From Phoronis australis (Eukaryota > Animalia > Phoronida): a DNA stretch of 64,000 bases. The first letter of the stretch is position 1. The number at the start of each line of letters is the position of its first letter. Under the pieces are notes generated by a model. The model did not search any database, was not told the DNA's origin, and saw only the letters and a list, made by a program, of their open reading frames with translations. Positions 40,251-54,080 of the stretch are shown piece after piece. The stretch covers positions 765,278 through 829,277 of the forward strand of contig NMRA01000002.1 of NCBI GenBank assembly GCA_002633005.1, read 5' to 3'. The translations under genes were made by a program, and so were the position numbers.

Positions 40251-42413
40251 ATTGGTTCAGATGACTTGTTATGCAGATCATAAGTGTTTCAAAATTTTAA
40301 AAACGTAGTTGGTACATGCTTTTTGCTTTGTTAGGACAACAATACTTTTGACTCCCTTGTTATCTATGGTGAAGCCACCACACGTGTTCAATGCTGATGA
40401 ATGACATAAAACCTCCTCTAATGGTCTGGACAATCCTGTCAGCTACGAAAAAGCACGCGGGCGAAGGGTAGGACCCGATGATTACATGAAACGCGATGAA
40501 CGGGAAGCAAATTCAAAAAGATTACTAACTTGGTTATCCTTGCAGTTAGCAGTGGTACCACTAGCTGCAACGATTTTGTGGCTGTTGTCCACCTGTCTTT
40601 AACGGAGAGGTTGGGGCTGGACCTCTTCCGCGTTGGATCGAACCCCGCGAACCCCCTTGCATGACTGCGGGCTTGCATTTTTTCAAATTTAGGTTAATTA
40701 AGTTTAGGGCACATTGCTTACAGTCACGTTCTTAATGCTTATGACTATTGTTAAGTCCGTTGAATTAAATGTAACCAACCTCGCAAAGTAGAAGAGAACG
40801 CTTATGTACACTTGTAATCATCTGATAGAACGGACGTTTTGTTTGACAGCCTTCGACGCTTAAGTGAACGCCAAGACGCATTTGGCGACCTGGCCAAAAT
40901 CCCAGATCGCCAAACGAAATCTGAGGTCGCCAAAACTGAAAATAATCTCCGGGAGTAAGAAATTCTGACGTTCCTATTCCGGCCTAAGGTTTCATCGACC
41001 AAAAAAAAAACGTCGGGACGGACGGCCCATTCTCCTACTTACGTGTAAGTTGGCCCGTGAAGCTACTACGCATGCAGTCGCTTTCTTAATTCACCGTGTC
41101 CATTACCTGCAAACAAGCGTGGAACGCAGACGACCCCATGCAACGGTGGCGCGAATCCCGCCGATCTTGGTCGACTTTTGTCGAAATATTCCGACTTCTA
41201 TTTGTTTACTTCCTGTTATAATTTAAACGTGGTGGCAAATGTGCTAAATTCACGAAACAAACTGGACAATTGTGAAGTGAATCAAAGGTACTAAATCTGG
41301 GAAAACTGTTAATAATTTAAAGTTTGGAAATTAACACGAACCTTGAAACGAATTTAGAAGGAATTATTGTCGAACTCTTGATACTCGTGGTGGAGACCTC
41401 GTAGCAAATCGCCAAACACACTCTGAGGTCGCATTGGAGACCTGCAGGCAGTCAAATCGAGCGCTGATTGAGTTGACTATCGAACATTCAAGAGGCATGG
41501 AACGCGAAAATTCGTAAAAACTACCTTTTAAAGAGATCGTGGCGAATCTACTTCGTGGGGCTGCTAACATAAGAATTATTCACGTTCAATAATGCAAGCA
41601 TTTCTACATGTAAAAAGTTGCCAGATTCACTAGTTTTGAAACACAGACGAAATATTTACTTAATACGTCCCAATACAGTTTTCAAATCATCCACCCCTAA
41701 TAATTTTTTGCGCGTATGCGCTTAAAGAAATCGGACTGGCTGCTGCTTGAAATCACCATCGTTTTGTTTACATCAACCGTGAAAGGTCACATTTTCCATA
41801 TAAGGGAATTGTGCAACGACGTCTATGTCTTGCCTTCGATTTCCTTGTTGGTGATGGAAATAGAATCAAATCACGGTAAGAACACTATGAGACCGAGTTA
41901 ATGAGAATAAATGGTCTAATTCAGTTTTTGTTTGTAAGCCAAATAAATGGGGGGAAATACGGATTTAGTTTTCGCCTCAAATAATCAGTTGATGCCGCAA
42001 ATGATTAATCTACGCCGTTAACAATAACCAATTTCCATACGTAATAATCGCGAATAACATTCATCCATTTGGACAACCATAGAAAACCCACCAATCGTCG
42101 AGAAAAATAACACACGCCTGCAAGATGACTAAAAACTACGGCTCCCGGTGGGAACATACGCCGACTTCGCTTGCATACCAAATAAATTTAAAAATACAAA
42201 TTATCCTGGGTAATTAACAGATGAAAGTCGAGAGTGTGATACTGTTGAGGCCATCGTAATTCCTTGGTTTTAAAACAATTCCATGCTAATCATTTATAAA
42301 TTAATCATTTGTTCCATTGACAGTAATCCATTTTGAAATTGTCAAGTTATACCTGTATCTTTCCTTTGGGGAATATTTTGCGATCGCTGTCTATGAATAA
42401 AGAGAGGCATGGG

Positions 42414-42560
42414 TAGAGTTCACTAGTAACGCTAGGACCTCGCTAAAAGCAAGACTTCGTGAGATTACGGGAGATATTGCCGTGTATTTTAAATGAGAAC
42501 CATGATTTTGGCTAGATTTTAGCGATGTCCTAGCGTAGGGACTAGCGTTACTGAACTCCA
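42414..42560. mobile_element. ~125-145-bp MITE, copy 2
   Basis: gagttca...gtaacgctaggacct ... ctagcgttactgaactc; interior is the reverse complement of 4972-5093. Confidence 0.85.
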
Positions 42561-43033
42561 CCCTGGGTAGCGTTCCATAGATCAAGATTCTTGCTCGTAG
42601 GTAGATCGTGATCACGCAACACTATGACAACTCACGCGTGTGAACGGCGAGTGTTTAGCGAGTACGAGCCAGACATTACTAGTGGTAGTTAATGAAATGG
42701 TGGTCATTGAAGTGGTTGATTTTTGAGACTGAAATGTTGAGTTATGAGATACAATTTATAAATCATGGGATATCACTGCTTCCATTTTGTTAGCGAAGAT
42801 TTCTCACCGCAAGTGCTTTATTAAGAACACAGCCATGGCAATGTAATACGTTTTGTACATAATCGATACGTCAAATTAACCCAGTAGCGACTGATGATGT
42901 GTTGTATTTAGGAAATAAGTGGGCAAGTCATTTTTTATCTTAATCATTTAATTAGTGAATTGTCTGGGAGAGCAATGGCAGAAGGAGCGGAATCTTTTAC
43001 ACCACTAAAGAAGTTTGCATTTGATTCACTTAC

Positions 43034-43177
43034 CTGGCGTACATGTGTCGTCGGTTCAGCTAGATCAACTCGCAAAATCCTTTGATTGTTTTGTGAATCG
43101 GAAGTCGTCATGTGGAACCAATACGATGTACTAGTAAGGTTCATTATTTTGAAATGTATTGGGCAAACGGGCCAATT
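43034..43177 (-). CDS. Candidate isolated 144-bp phase-0 exon, product unknown
   Basis: ctctcacag|AAT...CAG|gtaagt; 48 open codons NWPVCPIHF...RVDLAEPTTHVRQ; no recognised homology. Confidence 0.25.
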
Positions 43178-45216
43178 CTGTGAGAGGTTGAATACATTAT
43201 GATGGTGATAGCAGGTGTACTTCTTTTCAGTTAAAGTGGAACTTGCACGCTAATTCCTTATCTCTGTGATTGCTTGGTCAAATTAGTTAGAAAAACACGA
43301 TGATCTGTCGTAAATTACTCAACTTTGTCCAGTACGTATCGTGACGTGGTGGTGGGGAATAACACCACATGATGCGGGCTATGTGGGCCCCCAAGGTACG
43401 TCATTAGTGCAAAGGTCACCTATTTGTAGAACGTTTTTTCACACTTACGAGTTATCAATTAATACAACTGCATTTTGTTTAGCTTAGATAATGTTCAAAT
43501 AGTGTTGTTTAGTTCCTGTTATACATTAGAATAGTTAAGAGAATGCAAATACATCTCACCGCCTATAAAGTATATACTTCATACTGGAAGAAACTTCACA
43601 TAATGCGAAATCAAAGCAGCGTTTTCAAAATCACAGATTTCAAATTAAGAAGAAGTCCTTTAGTACCGTCAACTAGCCCAAATTAATTGGTGAGTACCTC
43701 ATAATCAATGCCGTAGGTTACCACTAAAGTGTCGGATGCTGTAAGTGCAATGCATGACAACAGCCGGACAGACAGAAACAGACGCTGAGACAGACCGACA
43801 GAAGGACAGTACGTTTTTACCTAACAACCATTTTGAACTGTTTTCGTACAACCGGCACAGGTCCCCAAATGCTCCTGATTAAGAAATTCTTGGACAATTT
43901 TAGACAATGATGCTCAATTCCATGCGAACGTTAAAAAGATACTATACTCAATTTTGACCTACATGTATTAACAGATGTTAACAACACTCCAATCCAGTTC
44001 TTCAAAGCAAAGTAATACTATGTAAGCCTCGTCATTCCTCAAGTTAAGGTCAAATTTGAAAACTCCCTACAAAGTCTGCTAAACGGCGGGCAAGCAGACG
44101 CACGCTTTAGGCGAGATACACGACAAACGTGGATAAAACATTATACATGCTGTTACGCAATTAGCATGTGTTTACCTCAGGTGAGACGCATATGGTGCAA
44201 TATCTTGCGGGACAGAACGAGAAGTAATTGAAATCCACAAAACAGTGCTTAACATCCTTTCAACCAATGTAAGGGATCTTAATCTATCTGAAGAGCGAGT
44301 CTCGGTTTAGATTAGGGATTTTGTAACACTTATTTTCTGATTAGTGTTTTGTTCGGATTGTGTATGGTGTTTGAAAAATGTAAGCTGTACATTGGGTTTT
44401 CTTCTGAACATCATATCTCAGAGATGGCTGATCGGATTCCAATGAAATTATCAGATACTGTGCTTTATGCATTGGTTTTCAAAACCCTTCAGGAAATGTT
44501 TTTAAAATAATCTACTTCTTCAAGAAAGGTATCAAAAAGGATCTTACGTTTTTTCATGAAAAACACAAGTTGTACTCAAGCAAAATTTGAAAGATGTTTT
44601 AGAAAACTCATGTAACAACGTTTTCAAGATTTCATCTTGAATTTTTACATCAAACGGTATTTGGTCACGTTTCTGTTGTTTTCCCATAAATGTACCTTGC
44701 TCTTTGATGAATTTTACCAAAGAAACATTGTCTCATGACCAAATCATGGCAGTATACAGTCAAGCATCAAACTATACAGGCTTTCTGTTGTCAGATATTA
44801 CATTTAAAGAATATGTCTCGATGCACAAATTTGTCTATAGTGTTCTTTCAATAGTAGAATAAATATAATGCCATGGCAAGACGTACAATGAATCACAAGC
44901 AGGTTTCTAAGGAAAATTTAAAAGGCATGTATTAATTGTGTTCATTTCCACATTTTCTTGGAAATCAGGGGCAAAATGGATGACGTACTTATGTTTTGAT
45001 TAATGTAATTCCCGAAAGAAAATTGCTGTCACACAATCTTAACCGCTACCTGGGCGATACTGAGTGAAATATCAAGTGATTAATTTACACATGTGCGTGC
45101 TTTCAAAAGAATCTGCTACAACTTCCTGAAATTGGAGCCATTTCAGTTATTGTGAACTAAGTCGTCTCTTTCCGTCAACGCAAGAACCACAACAATCCTG
45201 ACTAAGACAGGCAAGT

Positions 45217-45533
45217 CAGGGACGGGTCCAGAATTTTGAGTTAGGGGGAGGGGGGCAGGGCACAGGAATAATCAGAATTTCGTCACATGCCCGCGCCCAG
45301 CCTATAATGTAAAGATGCAGGGGTCTCGAATTTTTGGGTTTGTGGACCTTATCTACTAAAAAAACAACGGCAAACGGGGTTTATTCAAGGCCTACTGTAT
45401 GCATTGTGCATTCGCCCCCCGAGCCGCCCTGGGTGCGCGCATATGCTAGTCAGCAATTGGCACCCCGAACACTGCCAAATGGGAAATTTTAAGGGGGGCA
45501 TGGCCCCTTGCCCCCCCCCCAAATCCACCACTG
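45217..45533. mobile_element. hAT-type MITE (CAGGG.../...CCACTG)
   Basis: cagggacgggtccagaatttt ... ggggggcatggcccc...aaatccaccactg; homologous to 38546; contains a CATG-family end at ~45415-45443. Confidence 0.75.
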
Positions 45534-46699
45534 AAAGTGACAGCTTTTTCGAATAAAGAATTGAGTTTATACATTTTGTTGCAGAGTGTCAACTTCAAAT
45601 GGCTACATTTCAAAAAGGTCAGCGCCATCTTGAGGCTTGGGGATGAGGCAGGTAGTTAACTTCATTATGTGACCTATAATAGATAACAGTGGCACCCTTT
45701 GGTGCGCACGTGCACGCTGGATGAAATTAGCTCAGCGAGACAGCAAATTAATTTTGCAAAAAGGGTAGCCAGTCGTTATCGTTTAGTGTGTGTACATCGC
45801 AATTTGAAGGGACACAATGAACATGCAAGAAACAGAAAAAAACATCAAACATAAGAACTAAAGTCCGTTGCTAATTATTTTGTTATGGAATAGAACTAAT
45901 TATCCAAGACTCGTTTCATTTTCAGGCTGTGTACAGTAGGCATTAGTATCGCCACTGTGGCGCACTACAACTGTACGTACAGGAGATTTCAATGACCATT
46001 AAATAAGATCAATAAAACTACCATAATGAGCGCGCAAATCCTACTTGTCTTACTGCACGCACAGTTCGTACATTAGTCACTTGACACCTGTCTGACATAT
46101 CACGTAATCGAAACTGCATACCAGTTTACGCATGTTTATAAAACTGAACCCGCACACTGAAATATACACTATTGCGAGAAACTCAATGACAAGTGAAGAG
46201 GTGCGTTGCGTGTAGAATGTAGGCACGAGAAAATTAATTTCATTGTTAGAGGATACTGAAAAGTTGAACGCACTCTCTGCGCGTCAGGTATTCTGGTACT
46301 TCAGCATAACCATAATGAATTCAAAGAGAAACTACACCAGATAATGCTGTGAACTACGTTTATCTGTGTGTGTTAGGACCAGCTTGTCAGTTATTTCGAA
46401 GCTGCCCACCAATATGAGAATAAATCAAGCCCGAAAGGAAATGAACACTATGCAGCCACAAATCAATTGGACTTCGTTAATCTTTGCACCGTGGGGTTCC
46501 AAATATCAGATTCCGTCTTACCGACACAGTTTCCGCGCCCATCCAAGTAAAAAAATTCTCACGCCCCACGCTAGACGGTAGGGGGCGGGGGTGGCGCATT
46601 TACAAACTCCAAAACTTAAAAGTACAATCGCTGCCCCCAGCGTTTTAATGATGGATCTCGTTATCTAGAGAATGATAAAATCAAAAGCCTTGGACGATT

Positions 46700-46865
46700 T
46701 AATTAGCCATAACAGCATGGTGTCTTTGATCGAAACCGGCAGATTCTGTGGTGCGCAAACCGGTCGAGTTGCTCAATCTCGACCGGTTAGGGAGTCAACG
46801 TAGGATTCTTTTCATAAGGAAAGTTATTCACTTTTTATTAGATTCATGCTTTGAAGGCATACGTT
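46700..46865. mobile_element. MITE with internal hairpin, copy 2
   Basis: tctttgatc.aaaccggcagatt...aaccggtcgag...ctcgaccggttaggg shared with 35736. Confidence 0.7.
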
Positions 46866-48147
46866 GAAAGGATGCGGTTCTGTTATCGCTGGTGACTACT
46901 ACCTTTGGGATAATTTCAAAATGACGCGTTGCTGGTGACAAGGTTTAAACGATAAACGGGGTGTCCCAATCGTGTGGCAATATGCTATTCCGGTACATAA
47001 CTACATATAGTGCTATAAGCTTTTGCAATGAATTTTTCGAACACACTTTATTGGAGTAAATTGGAATATTCAGGCTATCCCGTCAAAATCTGAAGCTCTG
47101 TGGTCAGTCACTGACAACTTGGTAATCGCCTCCATCTCATTTATTCAAAATGCGTCTTAAATCGTCGGGTCTGTGCACTTCAAATCACTGATATCCTTAT
47201 CCACTCTTTGGTGGTCTAAAATGAAATCACACTTTTCACAATATTACCGGTAGATACGCGTACACTTGGAACTTAGGATAATCTGGAGCTTAAAAGGGAA
47301 AGCGTGACCCACGGTTTTAGCGAACTACACGGCAACTGTGGGGAAAAACCACCCACCAAAAATAATGATATCCAATATCTGACTTAGCTGATCCCTACTT
47401 TTATCATTCAAGTTTGACGCCAATAGGTGACAGAATGAGGATTGACTTATAGCATTAAAATAGGCTTTAGTATCCTTTTAAGTAAATAAGAGGCTTTCAA
47501 ATGCGAACGAAGTCATTTAAAATCTATACTTTGTCAACGCATAACCAATTTTTGTTTCAATAATTTACAGAACCACGACCGCTTGCCTATGACTGAGATA
47601 GCTTGAACGAACTTGGAAGTCCACGTCTGTGTACTATAAGGTCATACACGATTTCTCAATCAACCAATAATCATATACTATATTTACAACAAGCAAGACC
47701 CTGGGTGTAATCTTTGTACTTTCCGTATTTCTGTGCGAACGCAACATAAGTGTCTGTTAAGCTTTATTCGAATACATTATGGTTAACTTGAATGACTGTC
47801 ATTTTAGCATGCACTTGGTGACCACAGGATTAAAGCTCTATGTTAGAGTATGTACTCAAAATGTCGATTTTTTATATTCAAAATGTCGGATTTTTACTGT
47901 GGCTCGAATAGAGGCCACCATGAACAAACTTGAACAAGCAACTCGTCTGGGTTTATCATATTGTACTCGAGCACAGAATAACACACACTTAAATTTAGTT
48001 CGCCCAGAAGTCTACACTTGCCCTTTTTTAAAAAAGGTGTTTTTGTTACAAGAAATGTTATGCACATTTCTGCCACTGGGTGGCGCGTTACTATTAAATT
48101 GACTAACCAAAGAGCCAGGCTGTATTGTTGTGCTGAATGACTTCAAT

Positions 48148-48683
48148 ATGGCAGCTCCCATGGAGTCAGATGACTATATAATTCACGCTTTATAAACATC
48201 ACTAAATTGTGACTACGAGAACCTGAAGAAGCTTACAAAAGCATCTTGGCAAAAACTGATGGACTGTGTAACCATGAGTATCAGTTTAGATGGAAAGGAA
48301 CAGAAAGTTTCTCAAACACTTGTGCAGGAAAATAGCGGCTTTGTCCCCGGCAATCCTCTTTCTAGCAAAGTTGTAACATGTCCTGCTATAGAAGGATAAC
48401 CGATAAAATAAAAATTAAAGGGGCACAGAGACGTTTAGCAACTTTTCAAGACATCTGCAGTAGTAATAGAGTTGAAGCTGCTGAAAGTGACACAGATTTT
48501 GCCCAAGATTTCCCAAGAAAATCCATTAGACTTTGAAAATCTTTAACGCCAAACTAAACAGAAGTCCGTACATGTACATTCTGACACGTGAGTGCGTCAT
48601 TTGCGAGCAGGAAAAGTATGTTATTGACCACACTTCAAGAAAGACAAAGATGGAACAACTTTCTGGCTTTGAATACATAACAG
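48148..48683 (+). pseudogene. Academ transposase N-terminal relic (first exon)
   Basis: MAAP...YIIH...LTKASWQKLMDC...LDGKEQ...SCYRRITDKIKIKGAQRR...RSP..IL.RECVIC...KMEQL; ends at donor CAG|gtatgt. Confidence 0.65.
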
Positions 48684-49539
48684 GTATGTATTTTTGTAAG
48701 ACACATCTTTGTGTTTTCCAAATGTTTTCAGTATCACCACCAGGTTGTTATTTAGCTTGTCCAGCCCGTTGGCTGTCCAGGCCTTATACAGTATCGCTGT
48801 CTCAACAGGCCCCTTCGTTTCGTTGCCCAAATCGGCAAATGACCATTTTTATGCGTCCACACATTTATATGTGGTCGCATGTTGCCGTCATCTCTCTCTG
48901 TCCGGGCGCCGTAATCCGGGTGAATGGGTAATCCCTGCCCGGTTTTTGAGAAGAATAAATCAACATGCCCAAATAGCCGCCATCCCCCCATAATCCGAAG
49001 ATAGGGGGAACCCCTTCTCAATTCTTTGGAAAACACTAATTGCTTACACGGTTGCAATGAACTGCAACTAAAGTCAAATGCCCAAGTGGCCGGCGTCGTA
49101 ATCTGGGGACAGAGAAAACCCCCGCCCATTATGGCGAACGTCGATTACGTATGGGCTGCAAATCTGTAGGCTACAGTGTGCGCATCTGATTAAAAAAAAT
49201 AAGTTTTAATCACTGAACTGCTATATCAGCTGACTTATTTTTAGCGGCATGAACTAATCAGACGATCAATACTATAAGCAACAGATCAGACGGCATGTAA
49301 ACGGCTGGTGGTAAAAAATTTGCATGCCAACATACCAGTCGTTAAATGTGTTAAGAGTTCGCGAATTTTTCAGGTGGACTTGCATCGCAAGCAGCAGCTC
49401 GGTCCGTGTACCTGAAGTGAAAGATGAAGATCATGCTAAAAAGAGCAACATAAATATCGTTAACGACCATAAGGGTGAAGAATCCTCAGTTTTTAGGGCT
49501 GTTTTCAGCAGTTTTGTTTGGATGTCATTTTCCTTTCAA

Positions 49540-50005
49540 AGCTAAAGCAAGAGTTGAAACTACCTACAGTTGCAGTTTGTGCCCAAGTAAGTGAAAGTGA
49601 ACTGGTGCTGGTGTTCAATGATTCACTCTCTGACAAACTAAATAACAGAGCTCGTTATAAGATGTTTTGAATCAAACAAGCGCCCAAATCCTGCCTGCCT
49701 CCAAACAAAGACTGTTTGACGCATTGCACAGGCATAGTCTGAGTCCATGCATGCACGCACTCTCTCCATTCCACCACAGTTGGCTCTTTGGCGGTGGAAC
49801 TTTGCAGTTTAAATTAATGACTATGTCAGCAGCAACATGTACATTGACAGTACAGAAGGGATTTACACTGCAACAACATGTACATTGACAGTACAGAAGG
49901 GATTTACACTGCAAGGGCAAAAGGAACATGTGTGCGAAGAAACTGTGTTCGTGCCGCAATGCTGGTTTAAACTCTACAGTATTGTGCAGTTGTGACAACT
50001 GATTA
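49540..50005 (+). pseudogene. AcademX C-terminal relic (LPP motif and Cys8 finger), with an exact 41-bp tandem duplication
   Basis: NRARYKMF*...CLPPNKDCL..H...SPFHHSW...CKGKRNMCAKKLCSCRNAGLNSTVLCSC; 49833-49873 is identical to 49874-49914. Confidence 0.8.
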
Positions 50006-50439
50006 AAACTTTGGACTGGAATGTGGACCATGAAGACGATATATTGCAAGTCAACCATGTAGTAGATAGACCGCCAGCTTCACTATTTGCAACTCCTCTC
50101 CAGTTGGCCATTATTGTTAAAAGCAGTGTTGTTTTGAAGTCCACTAAGCTCTTTGGTAGCTATTACATGTACGTAACTTCAAACTCAAATTTCTCAAAAA
50201 TGTGCATGAAGTTTTCAGATTTTGAAAACACACTAGTAAATGAATTAAAAAAACAAAACAAAATGAAGTTGCCTCCCTAAAGTACTCAAGTGAAGTATTT
50301 TCTAGAAGCCCTGCAAAACTCGGCCCACTACCTACCAGTATTGGCCCGGTTGCCATGGCCCCATGGTGAATTCTAAAGTGTTTTTACTGTAACTGTCTTG
50401 TTGAAATAAATTAAATAAAATCAAGAGAACAAGATTAGC

Positions 50440-53017
50440 TTAGTGCACTTTGTGCAGCCTTGAGCATTTTTTACAACTCAAGATGGTGGATGGCGCCATT
50501 TTGAGTGTTGGCCACGTAGTGGAGCAGACACGGAAAACACTATGCACAAGAAGGAAAGAGGAAAGAAGAAAACTGGACGAGGATGACTTGAGAAAGATGG
50601 CTGAGTAACTAGAAAAGCACAGACATTCCCTCACCGAGCAGCCATGTTTATCTTACACCTGCAGTGACCAAGTACAAGATTTTTCTGAACGAACTGGCCT
50701 TTGGGAGTGAGCAGAGCAGTCCATCTTTTAGTTTTGTCAAGCAGTGAATGTTACAAAGTAATGGAGAATAAGGCAACACAATGGAGTTGCTGAAGAAGCC
50801 TGTCCTTATCAAGAGGAAGGCCTTCTATGGCGCTGAGACGCTGTTCAGATGCCTGTTGGCCGTAGGACAACCATGTAACATTGACATGGCCATTGTCTTT
50901 TAGTATGAGCTGACCAAGTCTAGTCCCTTACGGCCACGATCGACGAATAAAGCAGTCTTATGGGAAAGGATGACAATGTCATTTTGGTAAATTTTTCTAA
51001 TATCTCAGGCACGAATCATTCTGCTCCCGACGTGGTGTTCATTGACGCTGGCCAGCTTCGGTATCAAGTCATCTGAACTGTCTTTGGAACTAGAGGAAGT
51101 TTGGCTGAAAGCTACGGCACGTGACTGACCCCTATCTTACACCTTTTAAGAAATTATTATGTTTAAAAGATATGACTACAAATATCCTTGCGCAAAGAAA
51201 AACCAGAGTATAACACTAGGGAAAGTTAAGGAAGACCTACTAAACCCAAACCCCCATTCTTTGGCGAGAAACTATTCTAGAAAACTCCAATAAAAAATCT
51301 GGGTTAAATAACCTTCTGTTTGTATGCAGGTATCCTATTCCATACAATATCGAGCTGCTCAGTAACGGCAACTGTGTAGTTACATGAACATGGCGGAAGC
51401 AGACGTCACGCTTTGCATGTATATGTAAATGATGAATGCGGTGGAAAAAGTACCTGTACCACCATAATCCTCAATGATAAGACTGACGTTTTTGTGCTCT
51501 TGGGTTATGGGACATGACGGATGTCAGTTGATTCTAAGACAGTAGTATTTCGACAGGGACATGGGACAGTGAAGAGATAAGACCCAATCAGGTGCAGCCA
51601 AATTCTCGAAATTCATACGTCAGGTTGCGTGTTACAGTGTTCTTTCACCTTGTAAAGGGAAAGTTGGTGGCCATCATACCGTAAGAAACGAACATTTCAG
51701 AGCTCGTGCAGGTATTGGGAGAGTATATTGCTACCCATGCTGAGCTTCGAGAAACCACATGAGCACTTTCCTTAGTTTACTTCTGAATCTGTAGAAGAGT
51801 TGTCAAACAATTAAGGATGTCCGTGTCCACTTATACTGTGGGCGAAACATGCCGCCACCAAATGCCGCCAACGGATAACGGCAACATCCACTTACACGTG
51901 GCCTGAGCATATCATCAGACGTTGGTGTGGAAGGCACAACGACATACAGCGAAAAAATTCAAGCGCAGAGCCAACATTGGATGGAAGGTCTGCAGCTCTG
52001 TACTAACATTGCCCTATTCAACAGTACGTGTTGCACCTGAAGCTCTACTTGCCGTATTTAGTTGCAACTGCAGACGCTACAGTTGCAGCATTGCTGGTCT
52101 GTCCTGCACGGACTATTACTTGTGAGAGGTGGGAGTGTTTTGCTGCATAAAGTACACCAAGAAACAAGTACATGTAGACATAGAAGACGGTGAAAGACAA
52201 GCGAATGATAACGACGACTAGGTATGCACCTGTCGTTGTACTTGTAGATTAAAGAAACACATGTATAAATTCAAATTTAAACACCTGTTATTACTTTAAT
52301 CTTCCTTCATGTACATGCATATTGAATCTAAATAAAACATAAATAAATATAAGTAAATTGCAATAACTCACCAGCATGACAACACATGCACGATTAAGTA
52401 CGTATAATTTATGCTTAGTTTATTTTTATGCTTTTATGCGGGACGCTCAATACTGCGGCTTAGTTTATTGAGATTTTTTTGAGATCAGAATCCAGTATTT
52501 GACATTTCCTTTACAATAATAAGACAGAGCGAGAAGGGGATCATGGTCTTACATGGAAACTATAGACATATAGCCTACATACATGTATAATTAACCTGTA
52601 CAGACTATACCTATGCAAAATCCCAATTCACACCTAATATTTTGACTTCGGCTATTGAAATTTTGGGAGGATATCTAATTCCAGTATTTATTTATTATGA
52701 GATCTCAAATTAAATTAAAACTTGATTTAGCATTTCCCATATACTTAACATTTCGTCCGCCAAAATAGATAGATTTAACTTATTTCATGTGTTCAACTTG
52801 ACGTTTGACATCTCAGTTGAGTTGAACCCTACATCCATAAAATAATGCTAGAAATGGACTCTGCGTCCGAAAAATTGGAAACGACACAATGCAGAATCCT
52901 ACAAGCTATCACTCGAAGATGGACAACGGCTGAAATTCGAGATGGCGGATGCTGTCATATTAAATTATAAAAAATGCTAATTGTGTTCTCCTGTTCCCAA
53001 AAGAAACCTTTACACTA
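50440..53017 (+). mobile_element. Third AcademX relic: decayed transposase 3' half (to ~52220) plus right end
   Basis: YEL, IDAGQL, EADVTL, DKTDVFVLL, SGC..KGK, PPTD..IHLHV..AYHQ.LVWKA, GWK..APEALLAVFSCNC..SCSIAGLSCT; agatggcgg subterminal motif; ends ...tacacta. Confidence 0.82.
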
Positions 53018-53813
53018 GCATTGGAAGGTCAACATTTTGTTAACTCAATAGACTATACAGTTTTAGGCTAGTGAAACAAGCTTCAGATTTCCGTTACAAA
53101 AGGCAAGGATCGAATTTGGAGGGAATTTCGTTGCACAAGCTTAACATTTGCTTATGTATTTGTATCGTCGGCGGAGAACAAGGAATACCGTACCAAGTGA
53201 ACAATGGAGTCAGTTGTGAATTAGTTATTGGGTTAAAGAAATTATATATATACGACCTTAAGCTCTGAAATATTCACTGATCGCATTTGCACATGGATTT
53301 TTAGTGTTATTTTTTAATATGCGCTTGTTTGAATAATTTGTTTCTCATTGGGCATCAGTTTGGAACCTTAAATTATGACTATTCATAGCATTGTTGATGC
53401 TGGACATACTGGGAAATTGGGTTTGACGAAAACGCTCTCAAAATAACTGTACGAGGTCGTCATCAGATCATTAGTATTCAATAAAGCTTCATGACGTAAT
53501 CATACCGTTTATACTTGACAAATTCCCATACAAAGTTATGAATCTTCCATTAATGGTGAGCAACAGCTGGTCAGGACGGAAAATGGCCTCAAGCATTGTT
53601 GAACTGAAAACATAAACAGGCCGAAATGTCGATGATAATTTTGATTTAACGTTTTACCAAGGGTGATTGGAAATTTATTTTGGGAAACCATTTTTTGATA
53701 TTCATTGAATTTTTGAGGAAAAATACAATGTAGCTGTCACTCTTTGAAAAAGGCAAAATGGCGGTTTACAACGAGTCGTTCATTAAACTCGGTGTAAGTA
53801 AATGTTTAAAGCA

Positions 53814-54080
53814 GGAGGCAGTGTGGCCTAGTGCAATACATGTACGTTCCCGCTTTCTTTACTCGAGGTCGGGGGTTCGAGTCCCACTGGGCCACACTGC
53901 TAGATCCTTGAGTCAGGTTTCTAGCTCCTCAGCGCGGTTTTAACTATTTATTAATAAAGCTTAAAAATGGTTCCAGGTGATCAGTGCAATGGGCCCACGT
54001 GCGCGGCCTGCGCACGTCTGGTACAACGTGTACCAGACCTCTTGTAATTATTTTTTTATAAAAAGGTTTAAAGCTTGGTG
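53814..54080 (+). mobile_element. tRNA-derived SINE, copy 1
   Basis: A box tggcctagtg, B box ggttcgagtccc, 3' hairpin gtctggtaca..tgtaccagac, AT-rich tail. Confidence 0.85.

Noticed and set aside
53814-53905. tRNA gene
   Set aside because: A/B boxes are present but there is no clean cloverleaf, and homology to 55600-55866 extends ~180 bp beyond the head, so it is a SINE
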